64,000 nt of DNA, from NCBI GenBank assembly GCA_037481815.1, contig JBBFKX010000001.1, positions 288,001 to 352,000 of the forward strand, read 5' to 3'. This document shows positions 31,323 to 40,946 of the stretch, piece by piece. The stretch is from a candidate division WOR-3 bacterium (GTDB taxonomy: Bacteria; Hydrothermota; 32-111). The first letter of the stretch is position 1. Every line of letters begins with the position of its first letter. The notes under the pieces are model-generated. The model was not told the DNA's origin. It saw nothing but the letters and a program-made list of their open reading frames with translations, and searched no databases. Both the position numbers and the translations under genes were made by a program.

Positions 31323-31388
31323 AATATATATTTATAATAGTGATTGTCAATAGAAAGATGTTGACTAATCCATGTAAAAAGGTAAAAT
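31323..31388. promoter_or_regulatory. Divergent promoters for the protease operon (-) and the ArsR-like gene (+)
   Basis: Minus strand TTGACA-N16-TATATT (31323-31350); plus strand TTGACT-N16-TAAAAT (31361-31388). Confidence 0.6.
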
Positions 31389-31406
31389 CAATGGAAAAAG
31401 AGGAGT

Positions 31407-31772
31407 ATGATGGAAAAACTTATAAAAATTTTTCTCGCTTTATCTGATGAGATAAGTATAAGAACAGTTAAACTTTTAATCAAAAAAATGTGCACTATTT
31501 TTGAACTTTCTGAGATATTTTCCGTAGATGAAAAAGTTTTAAAGGAAAAACTCGATAAACTTATGCAAGTTGGTATCGTTTCAAAAATAAATGATGGCAA
31601 ATATGAAGTTTATTTTGTTAAAAATTCTGGTTCGATTTTTGATAAATATGCAAAAGATATCGTAAACTTGATCGCAGGATATTTCAACTCTGATAAGGTT
31701 ATACTTGATGATTATCAAAAAGCGAGAACCTTAAACAGGGATGAAATTTACAAAAAAAGAAATGGTCAATGA
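31407..31772 (+). CDS. ArsR/SmtB-like winged-helix regulator
   Basis: IFLALSD..IR..KLL, CTIFELSEIF, L..LMQVGIV...GK...Y. Confidence 0.7.
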   Translation: MMEKLIKIFLALSDEISIRTVKLLIKKMCTIFELSEIFSVDEKVLKEKLDKLMQVGIVSKINDGKYEVYFVKNSGSIFDKYAKDIVNLIAGYFNSDKVILDDYQKARTLNRDEIYKKRNGQ

Positions 31773-32638
31773 TTCAAGACAAAATCAACTATTTTCTTTC
31801 TATAAACATTTTCAATCGAATAATAAAGACGGGTAAGATATTTTCTTTGTATTTCCTCATTCTTTTTTTCAGCGAGTTTATAAGCGTTACCTTTTGAGCC
31901 ATTCTGAAATCTTGTCACAAGAGATGAATATATAAAAAGTGTTAAAAAATAATCTCGACTTTTGAAAAATTCTTTTGATAACTCGAACCTGTCAACATAA
32001 AAACTTTGTGGGTTCTTTAAAAAAGAATAAACAAGAAGTATGTTGGAAAATGTCGTAATGGTAAAATCTCTAAAAGCCATCGAAAAATTCCCGGAATATA
32101 ACTCTCCAAGGCCTGGGACAAGTGAAGATAAAATCATAGAAAGTTCAGGGGATTTCATTCTCACCTTTTCATATGATTCTAAATCTTTTTTTATCGAATC
32201 ATCCAGAAAAACTGGTATTTCTACTTTTTCCTTTTTAACACTTCTGTTTATAAGTTCAAGAAGAATTTTTAGTGTATCTAATCCCTGATCCTGAAAGTCC
32301 TCGATTTCAAAAATCGCAGAATAGAAATCCCCTCTTTTAAAACTTAAAAACGACCTTACAAGTCCATCATAAACGAAAGATTCATCTGAAATGTCAACCT
32401 CTGAAAGAAGATCGAGATATTTGAAAGAAAAAGTATCATAACCTGACAGAGCATAGAGAGCAGCGATTTTCAGGTAATATGAACAATTTTTTTCATCATG
32501 ACTTTTGAAATAAACTCTTTTAAACTCTTCAACCGCTCTATAATTATCTCCCTCCAAAACCAGTTTTTCAAAATAGGTCTCGTTAGAAAGTATAATAAGG
32601 GAGAAAAACAGAATTAGAATAACTATCCTTGATTTCAT
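31766..32638 (-). CDS. Exported hypothetical protein (TPR-like with KSP..S..PG.G..Y.G motif)
   Basis: Start set at MKSRIVILILFF. Paralog-like to the neighbouring gene. Confidence 0.6.
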   Translation of the reverse strand: MKSRIVILILFFSLIILSNETYFEKLVLEGDNYRAVEEFKRVYFKSHDEKNCSYYLKIAALYALSGYDTFSFKYLDLLSEVDISDESFVYDGLVRSFLSFKRGDFYSAIFEIEDFQDQGLDTLKILLELINRSVKKEKVEIPVFLDDSIKKDLESYEKVRMKSPELSMILSSLVPGLGELYSGNFSMAFRDFTITTFSNILLVYSFLKNPQSFYVDRFELSKEFFKSRDYFLTLFIYSSLVTRFQNGSKGNAYKLAEKKNEEIQRKYLTRLYYSIENVYRKKIVDFVLNH

Positions 32639-33368
32639 AAAAATACCTGTTAACCTTTTTTTCATAATAGATCTTTGCAGAATTAAATGAACCATAAAGT
32701 TCACCTAAATAGAATATGGCAGCAACAGATGTTGAAATTATAAAAAAAGTTTTATTTTCATTTATAAATTTATAGTAGATCGATCCAAGAAGTGGGCTGA
32801 TTACCGTCATCATTGAGAAGAGTCCATCTCCTCCTCTTTCAGAATAGAATCTTCCACTTCCTGGTAAAAAGATCGATAGAGTCAAAGCGATCAATGGGTT
32901 CTTCTTCTTGATTTTGAAAAAGTTTTCTGCAATAGTTTTTATCTCATCTTTTGAATTAACAAAAGATTCGATATTTGCCTCACCTAAAAAGAGTTTTGAA
33001 AGTAAAACATAATCGTAATTTTTTTCAAAAAGAACTCGTGTCTGTTTTATCTCTCTAAATTTTTTCTGGAAAAACAATGCTATAAGATAGTTTTTTTCAT
33101 AATCCTCTGAAGAGTTTTTTATTGTATAAAAATTTTCTTCAGCCATTTTGAAATCACCCATAAAAAGATAGTTCACGCCTATCAGATTTATGATCTTTTC
33201 TCTCATCTGAGAGTCCTGACACAGATAGAGTTCCCTTTTTAACTCAGTTATAGACCTGAAGTAGTCGCCATCTTCAAAAAGAAATTTTGCAAAATCAAGG
33301 TTCTGAGAAAATATAAGGAGGGAAAGTGAAAGAATAAAAATCAACAATAAAAATTTTTTCATAATCAT
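32583..33368 (-). CDS. Exported TPR-like hypothetical protein
   Basis: Signal peptide, FAKFLFEDGDYFRSITELKR, KKNP..ALTLSIFLPGSGRFY. Confidence 0.65.
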   Translation of the reverse strand: MIMKKFLLLIFILSLSLLIFSQNLDFAKFLFEDGDYFRSITELKRELYLCQDSQMREKIINLIGVNYLFMGDFKMAEENFYTIKNSSEDYEKNYLIALFFQKKFREIKQTRVLFEKNYDYVLLSKLFLGEANIESFVNSKDEIKTIAENFFKIKKKNPLIALTLSIFLPGSGRFYSERGGDGLFSMMTVISPLLGSIYYKFINENKTFFIISTSVAAIFYLGELYGSFNSAKIYYEKKVNRYFYEIKDSYSNSVFLPYYTF

Positions 33369-33374
33369 GTCCCT

Positions 33375-33770
33375 TTATGGTTTATCTATGATCTTATAAC
33401 CTCTACTTTGAATAATAACTATAGAATCATAGAAAAGGTTTACATATTCTCTTGCAGAAAAATTACATCTCTGCAATCGATCGATACCTTTTAAAAATCC
33501 GAGAAACAAACCATATTTCCTCAACGATTGAAACATATAGTTTGAACAAGAGGGCGTAAAATTGCAAACCTCACCCTGTGCTGGAGAAATGAATATCTGG
33601 TAAAATCTCAAACCAAGAAGAGGAATAATGTTAACCGAATTATCAGTTAACCTCTTATCATAGGTCTCATCATGGTATATTTTTTGTGTATCACCTTTTT
33701 CAAAAGGTATTTCATAGGAAAAATCAGTTAAAAGAGTTGAGGCGATCATTAAACTCAGCAACAAATTCAT
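33375..33770 (-). CDS. yidD: Membrane protein insertion efficiency factor YidD-like
   Basis: YQIFISP..G..CNFTPSCSNY...KG..RLQRCN. ATG 33770 follows AAGGAG. Confidence 0.75.
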   Translation of the reverse strand: MNLLLSLMIASTLLTDFSYEIPFEKGDTQKIYHDETYDKRLTDNSVNIIPLLGLRFYQIFISPAQGEVCNFTPSCSNYMFQSLRKYGLFLGFLKGIDRLQRCNFSAREYVNLFYDSIVIIQSRGYKIIDKP

Positions 33771-34860
33771 CAATCTTCTCCTTTTTTATCTCAAAACCAG
33801 CAGCCTTTTTATGCCCACCATAACCTTCAAAAAATTTTTCAAAAAGTTTTAAAATATCTAACCAGTTGAAATTTTCTCCATCGAACCTGCATTCACCACC
33901 ATAAACTTTCCTTTTTTTACCTATTACACAAACAGGTTTGTTATACTTTTTCGAGAGAATTGAAGATAAAACTCCCACATATTTATAATCGATATCTGAC
34001 AGGATCATTATGCATTTTTTATCTTCATAAGATTTTTCTTCAAGTTGTTGTGAGTATTTCTCGATTTTCTTTTTGAAATTTTCAATTTTCTTTTTAGTGA
34101 TTTTGAGAAAAATGTAAAAATTTTGTTTTTTGTTTTCGTTTAAAATGAATTCTACAAAGGGATTTTTCAAGTTTCTGGTTTTGGAGTTTGCAAAGATCCC
34201 ACATATATTTGACTCGTCAAAATCAAATTCTTTGATCAAGGGTATAAGATAAAAAATTCCATCGTGATATTTTAAAATCTGCTCATTTATTTTATCGACT
34301 TTTACTTTATCACATTTTGTTCCCACAGCCGCCAGGGAGATGTTTAAGGGATCGAACAAAAAAGCATCATAATAGGTTTTAACCTTTTTAAAATTTTTAA
34401 GTAAATAAATAGAGAAGAGAAAGGAAACTCCGCTACCAGAAAGGTTTTTGAATTTTTTTGATTTTATGAAATATGGGTTGATGTATGGTACTTCATCTAT
34501 TCGCTCTTTGTATGGAATATGATGATCGGTTATTATTATATTTTTACCTGAAAGTTTGATCTTTTTTATGATTTCATAATTAACTGATCCACAATCAACA
34601 GTTATGAATGTATCAAAATCTTTTTTCAAAAAATAGTTTACCTTTTTTTCTACAAGCCCAATTCCATCTATTAACCTTGAAGGGATAAAATACTCAACAT
34701 TCTTTCCAATAGATTTTAAGGTTCTTGCGAGTATTATAGTTGCTGTTATTCCATCAGCATCCTCATCACCCCACACAAGAATCTTTTTGGAACTTTTCAG
34801 TATAAAAAAAGCTTTCTTAAAATCTTTACAGGAAAAATCTTTTTCTTCTATTTTAAACAT
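33724..34860 (-). CDS. DHH/DHHA1 phosphoesterase, short RecJ-like exonuclease
   Basis: GDEDADG, TVDCGS, TDHH, LSGSGV, YGGHKKAAG. Confidence 0.8.
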   Translation of the reverse strand: MFKIEEKDFSCKDFKKAFFILKSSKKILVWGDEDADGITATIILARTLKSIGKNVEYFIPSRLIDGIGLVEKKVNYFLKKDFDTFITVDCGSVNYEIIKKIKLSGKNIIITDHHIPYKERIDEVPYINPYFIKSKKFKNLSGSGVSFLFSIYLLKNFKKVKTYYDAFLFDPLNISLAAVGTKCDKVKVDKINEQILKYHDGIFYLIPLIKEFDFDESNICGIFANSKTRNLKNPFVEFILNENKKQNFYIFLKITKKKIENFKKKIEKYSQQLEEKSYEDKKCIMILSDIDYKYVGVLSSILSKKYNKPVCVIGKKRKVYGGECRFDGENFNWLDILKLFEKFFEGYGGHKKAAGFEIKKEKIDEFVAEFNDRLNSFN

Positions 34861-35552
34861 ATCTTTATATCATCAAACTGAGTTTTCTGATCAATATGTA
34901 AAAAACCTTTTAAAGCAAGATCAAGGATTGCGATGAAGGTTAATATAATTTCAAAAAGATTATCAAAGTTTTTGACATACTCAAAAAAGTTTATCTCTTT
35001 GTTTTCGTTTAAGTACTGTAAAATTTCTTTCGTTTTTTCTACAATAGTTTTTTTGACTTTTGGATCCCTGTAAAGTTTAAGAGATTCCCCTTTTTTTAAA
35101 AGAGGTATGAAAACATCCATTAGATCAACAAGTGTATACGGACTCTTTTCTTCTACTTCTTTACTTTCATATATAACATTTCTTGAAAAAAGTTTTGAGG
35201 ATTCAAGTTCAATATTTCTCAAAATTTCCGTTATCTTTTTAAACTTCTGATATTCGATCAACCTTTCAACAAGAGGTTTTCTTGGATCTTCGATATCTTC
35301 ACCATCAACAGGATTTGATGGGATAAGCATATCTGATTTAATCTTTATCAATGTTGCTGCCATCACAATATAATCACTTGCTATATCTATATTGAGTTCT
35401 TTCATGCGATCAAGAATTTCAAGATATTGTAGTGTAATTTTTTGAATTGGAATATCGTAAATGTTTATCTCATTTTTCTTTATAAGGTATAACAACAGAT
35501 CTAGTGGTCCTTCAAATTGATCGAGACGAACATTTAAAATATCGTTCACCAT
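34848..35552 (-). CDS. scpA: Segregation and condensation protein A
   Basis: FEGPLDLLLYLI..EINIYDI, MAATLIKIKS, TFIAILDL. Confidence 0.93.
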   Translation of the reverse strand: MVNDILNVRLDQFEGPLDLLLYLIKKNEINIYDIPIQKITLQYLEILDRMKELNIDIASDYIVMAATLIKIKSDMLIPSNPVDGEDIEDPRKPLVERLIEYQKFKKITEILRNIELESSKLFSRNVIYESKEVEEKSPYTLVDLMDVFIPLLKKGESLKLYRDPKVKKTIVEKTKEILQYLNENKEINFFEYVKNFDNLFEIILTFIAILDLALKGFLHIDQKTQFDDIKICLK

Positions 35553-35553
35553 T

Positions 35554-36789
35554 TTAAAAACTCATCTTTATACCTATTGACTGAGAAACCCCCAGTTCAC
35601 CCCAGAACTTGCTCGAGTATAAAACAGAAATATTTTTATAACTAAGTTTAAAACCTGCTGTCAAAGCAGCCGAAAGATCTGTTGCGTATCCAAGTTGTAA
35701 TTCACTTCTATCGGATGAAACACCAAGAATCAGATCAAGAGCAAGTGGAGAAAATATATTTTTCTTTTCAGAAACTTTTATGTTTTCTTGTTTTCCAAGA
35801 GGTTGTTTTTCACTTAAACTCTCAAGAGTATCCTTTTTTTCCTCATTCAAAAAATCAGCGTAGGACTCAAAGCTCTTATTATCAGATTCTTCTGTTGTCA
35901 ATGTATCTAATAAAGAATCAGTTTCTGTTATCTTTGAAGTTTCGAGTGTTAAAGTGTCCTGTATAATATTTGAATTGTTATCATTTAAAACAATGGTATC
36001 TTTGCTAACAGTTGTTTGCTCAACATCGTTTTGGGTGTTGGATTGTTGTGTTGTCATTTTATCGATTGGTGGTCTTATAAGTGAGAATTTTAAAGCGAAT
36101 GAATAAAAATATTTTCTATCAAGTATTTTCCCAAGATCCATATTCACCGAGAATGGCATATCATCTTTTCCAAGAGACAAACCGAAAACAACTTTTAGAG
36201 GAGTTATAGATGTTTTTTCAAAATCGTATCCTCCACCAAGATTCAAAATTTGAAAACCAACATTTAAAAAGTCAAAATACAATCTTTCGTATATCAGTCC
36301 TAAATTCAATGATGAAAAGATGTTGTTGTAATCGAGCACATTTTCCAAACCAGCATTCAATCCACCACCTACATAAAGATTTTCATTTAACCTAAAACTT
36401 TTTGAAAATTCTATTAAAAGATCTGATGAGAAAAATTCACCAAGATCGTTGTTTAAAGAATCTCTTCTTTCCATTACTCCTGAATTAAAATATTTTAAAA
36501 GTATCTGTGAGGATTTGAAATTGTATGTGAATAAACCAAAATGTGAAGAAACAAGAAAAGGCATATATGTGAAAGAAAAAGTGTTCTCTTCCTTTTCAGT
36601 GTAAAGAGATGCCGGATTTATCAAATCACCATTTCTTCCAACAACAGCAGCTGAAGTTGTTGAATACGCCTGACTTAAAGGATCAACAGGAATATTCAAA
36701 AAATAGTATCCAATATCACCACTAAAAAAACTTGGAAATATGAGAGTGGAGAAAAATAGTATAAGTGGAACATAAAAAAATTTTTTCAT
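35554..36789 (-). CDS. PorV/UPF0164-like outer-membrane beta-barrel with an acidic insertion
   Basis: FLNIPVDP..A, NPASL, YFNSG, NLGG, C-terminal GELGVSQSIGIKMSF. Confidence 0.65.
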   Translation of the reverse strand: MKKFFYVPLILFFSTLIFPSFFSGDIGYYFLNIPVDPLSQAYSTTSAAVVGRNGDLINPASLYTEKEENTFSFTYMPFLVSSHFGLFTYNFKSSQILLKYFNSGVMERRDSLNNDLGEFFSSDLLIEFSKSFRLNENLYVGGGLNAGLENVLDYNNIFSSLNLGLIYERLYFDFLNVGFQILNLGGGYDFEKTSITPLKVVFGLSLGKDDMPFSVNMDLGKILDRKYFYSFALKFSLIRPPIDKMTTQQSNTQNDVEQTTVSKDTIVLNDNNSNIIQDTLTLETSKITETDSLLDTLTTEESDNKSFESYADFLNEEKKDTLESLSEKQPLGKQENIKVSEKKNIFSPLALDLILGVSSDRSELQLGYATDLSAALTAGFKLSYKNISVLYSSKFWGELGVSQSIGIKMSF

Positions 36790-37784
36790 TTTTCCTCCGA
36801 GTTGATAAAACTCATCGCTTCCTCTACAAAAGATTTTGTTCCAATATAAAGTGGAACTCTCTGATGGAGTTCTTCAGGTTTTATTTCGAGTATTTCATTT
36901 TTACCATCTGTTGCAAGACCACCAGCATTTTTTGTTATCAAAGCGAGCGGATTTGCTTCATACATCAATCTTAATTTTCCTTTCGGTTTTTCTTTGTTTT
37001 TATAATCGAGAGGGTAAAGAAATATTCCACCATATATTAGATTTCTATGAAAATCGGAAACGAGGGAACCTATATATCTCAATGTGAATGGTTTTTCGTT
37101 GTTCTTCAAATAATCAACATATCTTTTTACTCTATCATCCCAGTATTTGTAATTACCTTCATTAACGGAATAATACCTTTTTGAAGGTTCAGGGAATTTC
37201 ATGTTTGGATGGGACAATAAAAATTCACCAAGAGATGGATCGAGAGTGAAACCATGAACACCTTCACCAGTTGTGAAAACAAGCATAGTTGATGAACCAT
37301 AGATTATATAACCAGCGGCCAGTTGTTCACTCCCTTTCCTCAAAAAATCGTTTTCAGTACATTCTCCCTCATTTAAAAGTTTATAGATTGAAAATATTGT
37401 TCCAATGCTAACATTTACATCGATGTTTGATGAACCATCGAGTGGATCAAAAATAACACAGTATTTCGCATTCGAATGGTTATGGAAAAATACAGGATCG
37501 GCCATCTCTTCTGAAGCACACCCTCCAACCGTATCATTTCTTGAAAGAATATTAACAAGTGTTGAATTAGAAAATTCATCAAGTTTTTGAACCTGTTCGC
37601 CCTGAATATTATCCTTCCCTGTCAATCCTAAAATTTCAACGAGACCTGCCTTGTTAACTTCTCTAGAAATTATCTTTCCAGCAAGAGCTATATCGAGTAA
37701 AAGGAGTGTAAAATCACCTTTAGCATACGGGAATTTTTTCTGTTCATTCAGAATAAAATGTTGCAACTGTAAATTTCCGTTCAT
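36786..37784 (-). CDS. fbp: Class 1 fructose-1,6-bisphosphatase
   Basis: NIQGEQVQKLD, SEE, FDPLDGSSNIDVN, RYIGSLVSDFHR, GKLRLMYEANP. Confidence 0.97.
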   Translation of the reverse strand: MNGNLQLQHFILNEQKKFPYAKGDFTLLLLDIALAGKIISREVNKAGLVEILGLTGKDNIQGEQVQKLDEFSNSTLVNILSRNDTVGGCASEEMADPVFFHNHSNAKYCVIFDPLDGSSNIDVNVSIGTIFSIYKLLNEGECTENDFLRKGSEQLAAGYIIYGSSTMLVFTTGEGVHGFTLDPSLGEFLLSHPNMKFPEPSKRYYSVNEGNYKYWDDRVKRYVDYLKNNEKPFTLRYIGSLVSDFHRNLIYGGIFLYPLDYKNKEKPKGKLRLMYEANPLALITKNAGGLATDGKNEILEIKPEELHQRVPLYIGTKSFVEEAMSFINSEEK

Positions 37785-37792
37785 ATTTCCTC

Positions 37793-38527
37793 CTATGAGT
37801 TTCTGATGAATTTTTCAATCTCAAGAGGATCATCCGTAACAAGATTTGGTTTAAACTTTTCTATATCTTTGAAAAGGTATGTCTCTCTGTTAAAATGTAC
37901 AACCTTCATTCCAGCGTCAAGTGCTCCTTTTATATCTGTAGCAGGTATATCACCTATATGGACAACCTCTTCAGGTTTACAATCAAAATATTTGATAACA
38001 AACTCAAAAATCCTTCGATCAGGTTTCGAAACTCCGATTTCATCAGAAAATATGAAAAGTGAAAAATTCTGATACACTCCAACTTTTTTCAAAACCTCTC
38101 TCAAATATTTACCGGGAGTAAAACCCGTATCAGATATGAGTGTTAATTTGAAATCAGGAGATAACCTTTTTATGAGTAAATCCATATTTTCTATAAAAGA
38201 AACTTCAGAGTCAAGAAAAGATTTTTCCATAAAGTTTACAAGTTCAACAAAGAATTGTTCTGGATAATTTTCGATCGAAAGATAGGAGAGAAAAGTTCTT
38301 ACAGATGAACTTGTTGTCGGAGTATATCTCTTTTCAAGCCATTCACCATTAAAAAAAATGTCCCAAGTTTTGTCGATTGCAAAATAATAGTCATCTTTTT
38401 TTAGTTCATACCCATATTTTGAAAAAATTTTTTCGAGTTTTGAGAATCTGTATTCTTTGAAATTTTTTGAATCCTTCCCTGAAAGTATTGTATTCCAAAG
38501 ATCAAAAGATACAACTTTTATCATCAA
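37793..38527 (-). CDS. HAD-family hydrolase
   Basis: FDLWNT, ISDT, KPD, HIGD...DIKGA. Confidence 0.88.
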   Translation of the reverse strand: MMIKVVSFDLWNTILSGKDSKNFKEYRFSKLEKIFSKYGYELKKDDYYFAIDKTWDIFFNGEWLEKRYTPTTSSSVRTFLSYLSIENYPEQFFVELVNFMEKSFLDSEVSFIENMDLLIKRLSPDFKLTLISDTGFTPGKYLREVLKKVGVYQNFSLFIFSDEIGVSKPDRRIFEFVIKYFDCKPEEVVHIGDIPATDIKGALDAGMKVVHFNRETYLFKDIEKFKPNLVTDDPLEIEKFIRNS

Positions 38528-39018
38528 TAATCCTTAAATCCATCTTTGTTTGATTTCGCATAGTTGATCATTCTGTTAACTGTTTTATAAACATTCTCTT
38601 CGATATTTTTTAACCTTTCATTTTTCCCATCAGTTTCATTTTTTATGATCGTGAGAAGTTTGAGTTCGTTACTCTCGATCTTCTTTATATTTTTTTGTGC
38701 AAATGTATAGTAAATACTGTATTTATCAACAAGTTTAAAAGAACAGAGAGCATGGAAATATGATTTTTTCATTAAAAAATAGAAACCGACAAAATACGCG
38801 ATATCAGAATCTGAACTTGTGTTTGAACCATACAGACGTAAAAGATTTATATACTTTTCACTATCATTACTTTTGTACATATATTCCATCAATTTTGTGA
38901 GAACTTCCTTATCTGAGAATCCATTCTTGATCGTGTAGAGATAAATCTCAAAAATCTCTTTTCTGTTCTCATTCAGAAGTGCTTTTTTCAATTTACTAAA
39001 AATTTCAATTTTTTCCAT
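38524..39018 (-). CDS. Hypothetical protein (TPR-like segment), probably leaderless
   Basis: ATG lies 6 nt after the -10 box and has no SD. Confidence 0.6.
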   Translation of the reverse strand: MEKIEIFSKLKKALLNENRKEIFEIYLYTIKNGFSDKEVLTKLMEYMYKSNDSEKYINLLRLYGSNTSSDSDIAYFVGFYFLMKKSYFHALCSFKLVDKYSIYYTFAQKNIKKIESNELKLLTIIKNETDGKNERLKNIEENVYKTVNRMINYAKSNKDGFKDY

Positions 39019-39024
39019 AATATT

Positions 39025-39052
39025 ATTTTATTTTAAATAAACCAAAAGTCAA
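39025..39052 (-). promoter_or_regulatory. Putative leaderless promoter
   Basis: TTGACT-N16-TAAAAT-N6-ATG. Confidence 0.6.
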
Positions 39053-39070
39053 TATAATATTGACCAATCT

Positions 39071-39835
39071 TTAGGAGAATCCCCTCTCAATTTTAATGTT
39101 GTTATAAGCTTCATTTATCTCTTTAAATCTATTTTCAGCATCTTTTACCACATTCTCAGGCATATTTCTTAATTTATCAGGATGCGTCTTTTTGACAAGT
39201 TCCCTGTATGCCCTTTTCACCTCTTCGTCGGAAGAGTTCTCTGAAACACCAAGGATCGAATACCACCTCTTCTTTTGATCGAGACCCTTTTTAAAATGGC
39301 CATCATAATAATTTAGAATCGAGTTTATGTCATAGATGTTTAAATTCAGTTTTTTACCAATTTGAAAAAGCGTATTCTTTATAGTATCATTTCTTTTACT
39401 TTTTAAAGAGAGTTCCACGATCAACGAAAAAATTGATAATTTTTCTTCATATCTTGCAGACCTGTTTATATTTTCAATCGATATATCTATGTTTAATTTT
39501 TCTGGGTTTTCATTAAAATTCTTATAAACATTCATCAGATTTTGAACCCTTTGTAAATCGTTCGGATAGAGCGACAATAGAAAACTTTTAACATAATCAA
39601 CTTCATCCTTTGAAACTACTCCATCAAGTAAAGAGATGTAAGAAAATATACTCAAAATATCTACAAATGGGTCATAGAATGGGTTCTTATTTGTCTTTTC
39701 AATTCTAACTCTAAAGTTATCAAGCCCGTTAATGAAAGATGAAATTAAAAAAATTATCACAAAAATGATCGATCCTGCAGGACCAAAAATAATAGAAACT
39801 GTAATAAAAAAAATTATAAAACCTAAACAGGACAT
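39071..39835 (-). CDS. DjlA-like co-chaperone (TM + TerB-like + J domain)
   Basis: [39 protein letters not shown]. Confidence 0.85.
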   Translation of the reverse strand: MSCLGFIIFFITVSIIFGPAGSIIFVIIFLISSFINGLDNFRVRIEKTNKNPFYDPFVDILSIFSYISLLDGVVSKDEVDYVKSFLLSLYPNDLQRVQNLMNVYKNFNENPEKLNIDISIENINRSARYEEKLSIFSLIVELSLKSKRNDTIKNTLFQIGKKLNLNIYDINSILNYYDGHFKKGLDQKKRWYSILGVSENSSDEEVKRAYRELVKKTHPDKLRNMPENVVKDAENRFKEINEAYNNIKIERGFS

Positions 39836-39841
39836 TCTATT

Positions 39842-40900
39842 TTAAAGATTGAATTTGAACTCGATTATATCCCCATCTTTAACGATGTAATCTTTGCCTT
39901 CAAGTCGCAAAACACCATTCTTTGCACACTCTTTTAAACTACCATATTTTTGAAAATCATCAAAAGATACAACCTGTGCTTTTATGAAACCTTTTTCAAA
40001 ATCTGTATGAATCTTTCCTGCTGCTTTTACAGCGTTTGTTTTATCTTTTATCGTCCAGCCCCTCACTTCATCCTCTCCCACTGTAAGAAAAGTAATGAGG
40101 TTCAAAATTGTATAGAATTTAGATATAACTTTTTCGATAGCAAACTCTTTTATCTTCATTTCGATAGCAAACTCTTTCTTTGTATTCTCATCAAACTCGT
40201 TCAGCTCTTTTTCGTTTAAGGCAGAAACTAAAAAATAATCTCTCTTTTCGTTCTCAAGATATTCTATAAGTTCCTTATCTATATTTTCCTCCATAGACGA
40301 AACATTTATTAAAATGATCTCTTTTTTTGCAGATATCAAAGAATAGTTTTTTATCAACTTCTCTTCTTCAGATGAAAAATCATATCTGTTTAAAGGTTTT
40401 CCTTCAGAAAGAATGTTTTTAAATTTTTCAAGGGAGTTCAATTCAGAAATTTCATTTGTGGAAAGTTTGTATTTTGCATTCTTCAACTTTTCAAACCTTT
40501 TTTCTACTATTTCAAGATCAGTCAATATTATGTGATCATCAAGTTCAACAAGTTCCTTTTTCGGATCAACAGAACCAAAATGAGGTGGAAAAATATCATT
40601 TTCAAAATTTCTGATAACTTTTAAAATTCCATCACATTCTTTTAGTTTCGAAAAATACTCATTATCGATAAACTTTTCTTCCTTCTCTCCCAACCTGTTG
40701 TAATCTAAAAAATCAATCGTTGGATATGTGGTCTTTTTTGGGTTAAAAACTTTTGACAGAAAATCTATTCTTTTATCAGGAACTTTGACTGAAGAAATAT
40801 GAAATTTATCTTTTAAATTAGAACTTAAATTTAAACCAGTTAACGCCTCAAAAACTGTTGTTTTACCTGATTTTGATAAACCTAAAATTCCAACTTTCAT
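39842..40900 (-). CDS. ychF: YchF/DUF933-family ATPase (divergent)
   Basis: GLSKSGKTT, VPDKR, FLTVGEDEVRGW, AAGKIHTDFEKGFI, RLEGKDYIVKDGD. Confidence 0.85.
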   Translation of the reverse strand: MKVGILGLSKSGKTTVFEALTGLNLSSNLKDKFHISSVKVPDKRIDFLSKVFNPKKTTYPTIDFLDYNRLGEKEEKFIDNEYFSKLKECDGILKVIRNFENDIFPPHFGSVDPKKELVELDDHIILTDLEIVEKRFEKLKNAKYKLSTNEISELNSLEKFKNILSEGKPLNRYDFSSEEEKLIKNYSLISAKKEIILINVSSMEENIDKELIEYLENEKRDYFLVSALNEKELNEFDENTKKEFAIEMKIKEFAIEKVISKFYTILNLITFLTVGEDEVRGWTIKDKTNAVKAAGKIHTDFEKGFIKAQVVSFDDFQKYGSLKECAKNGVLRLEGKDYIVKDGDIIEFKFNL

Positions 40901-40909
40901 ATTTTTAAT

Positions 40910-40934
40910 AAAAGGGGGTTTTAAAAACCCCCTT
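40910..40934 (-). terminator. Hairpin terminator after the por operon
   Basis: AAGGGGGTTTT-x-AAAACCCCCTT inverted repeat whose 3' arm runs into TTTT on the minus strand. Confidence 0.7.
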
Positions 40935-40946
40935 CATTTTAAATTT

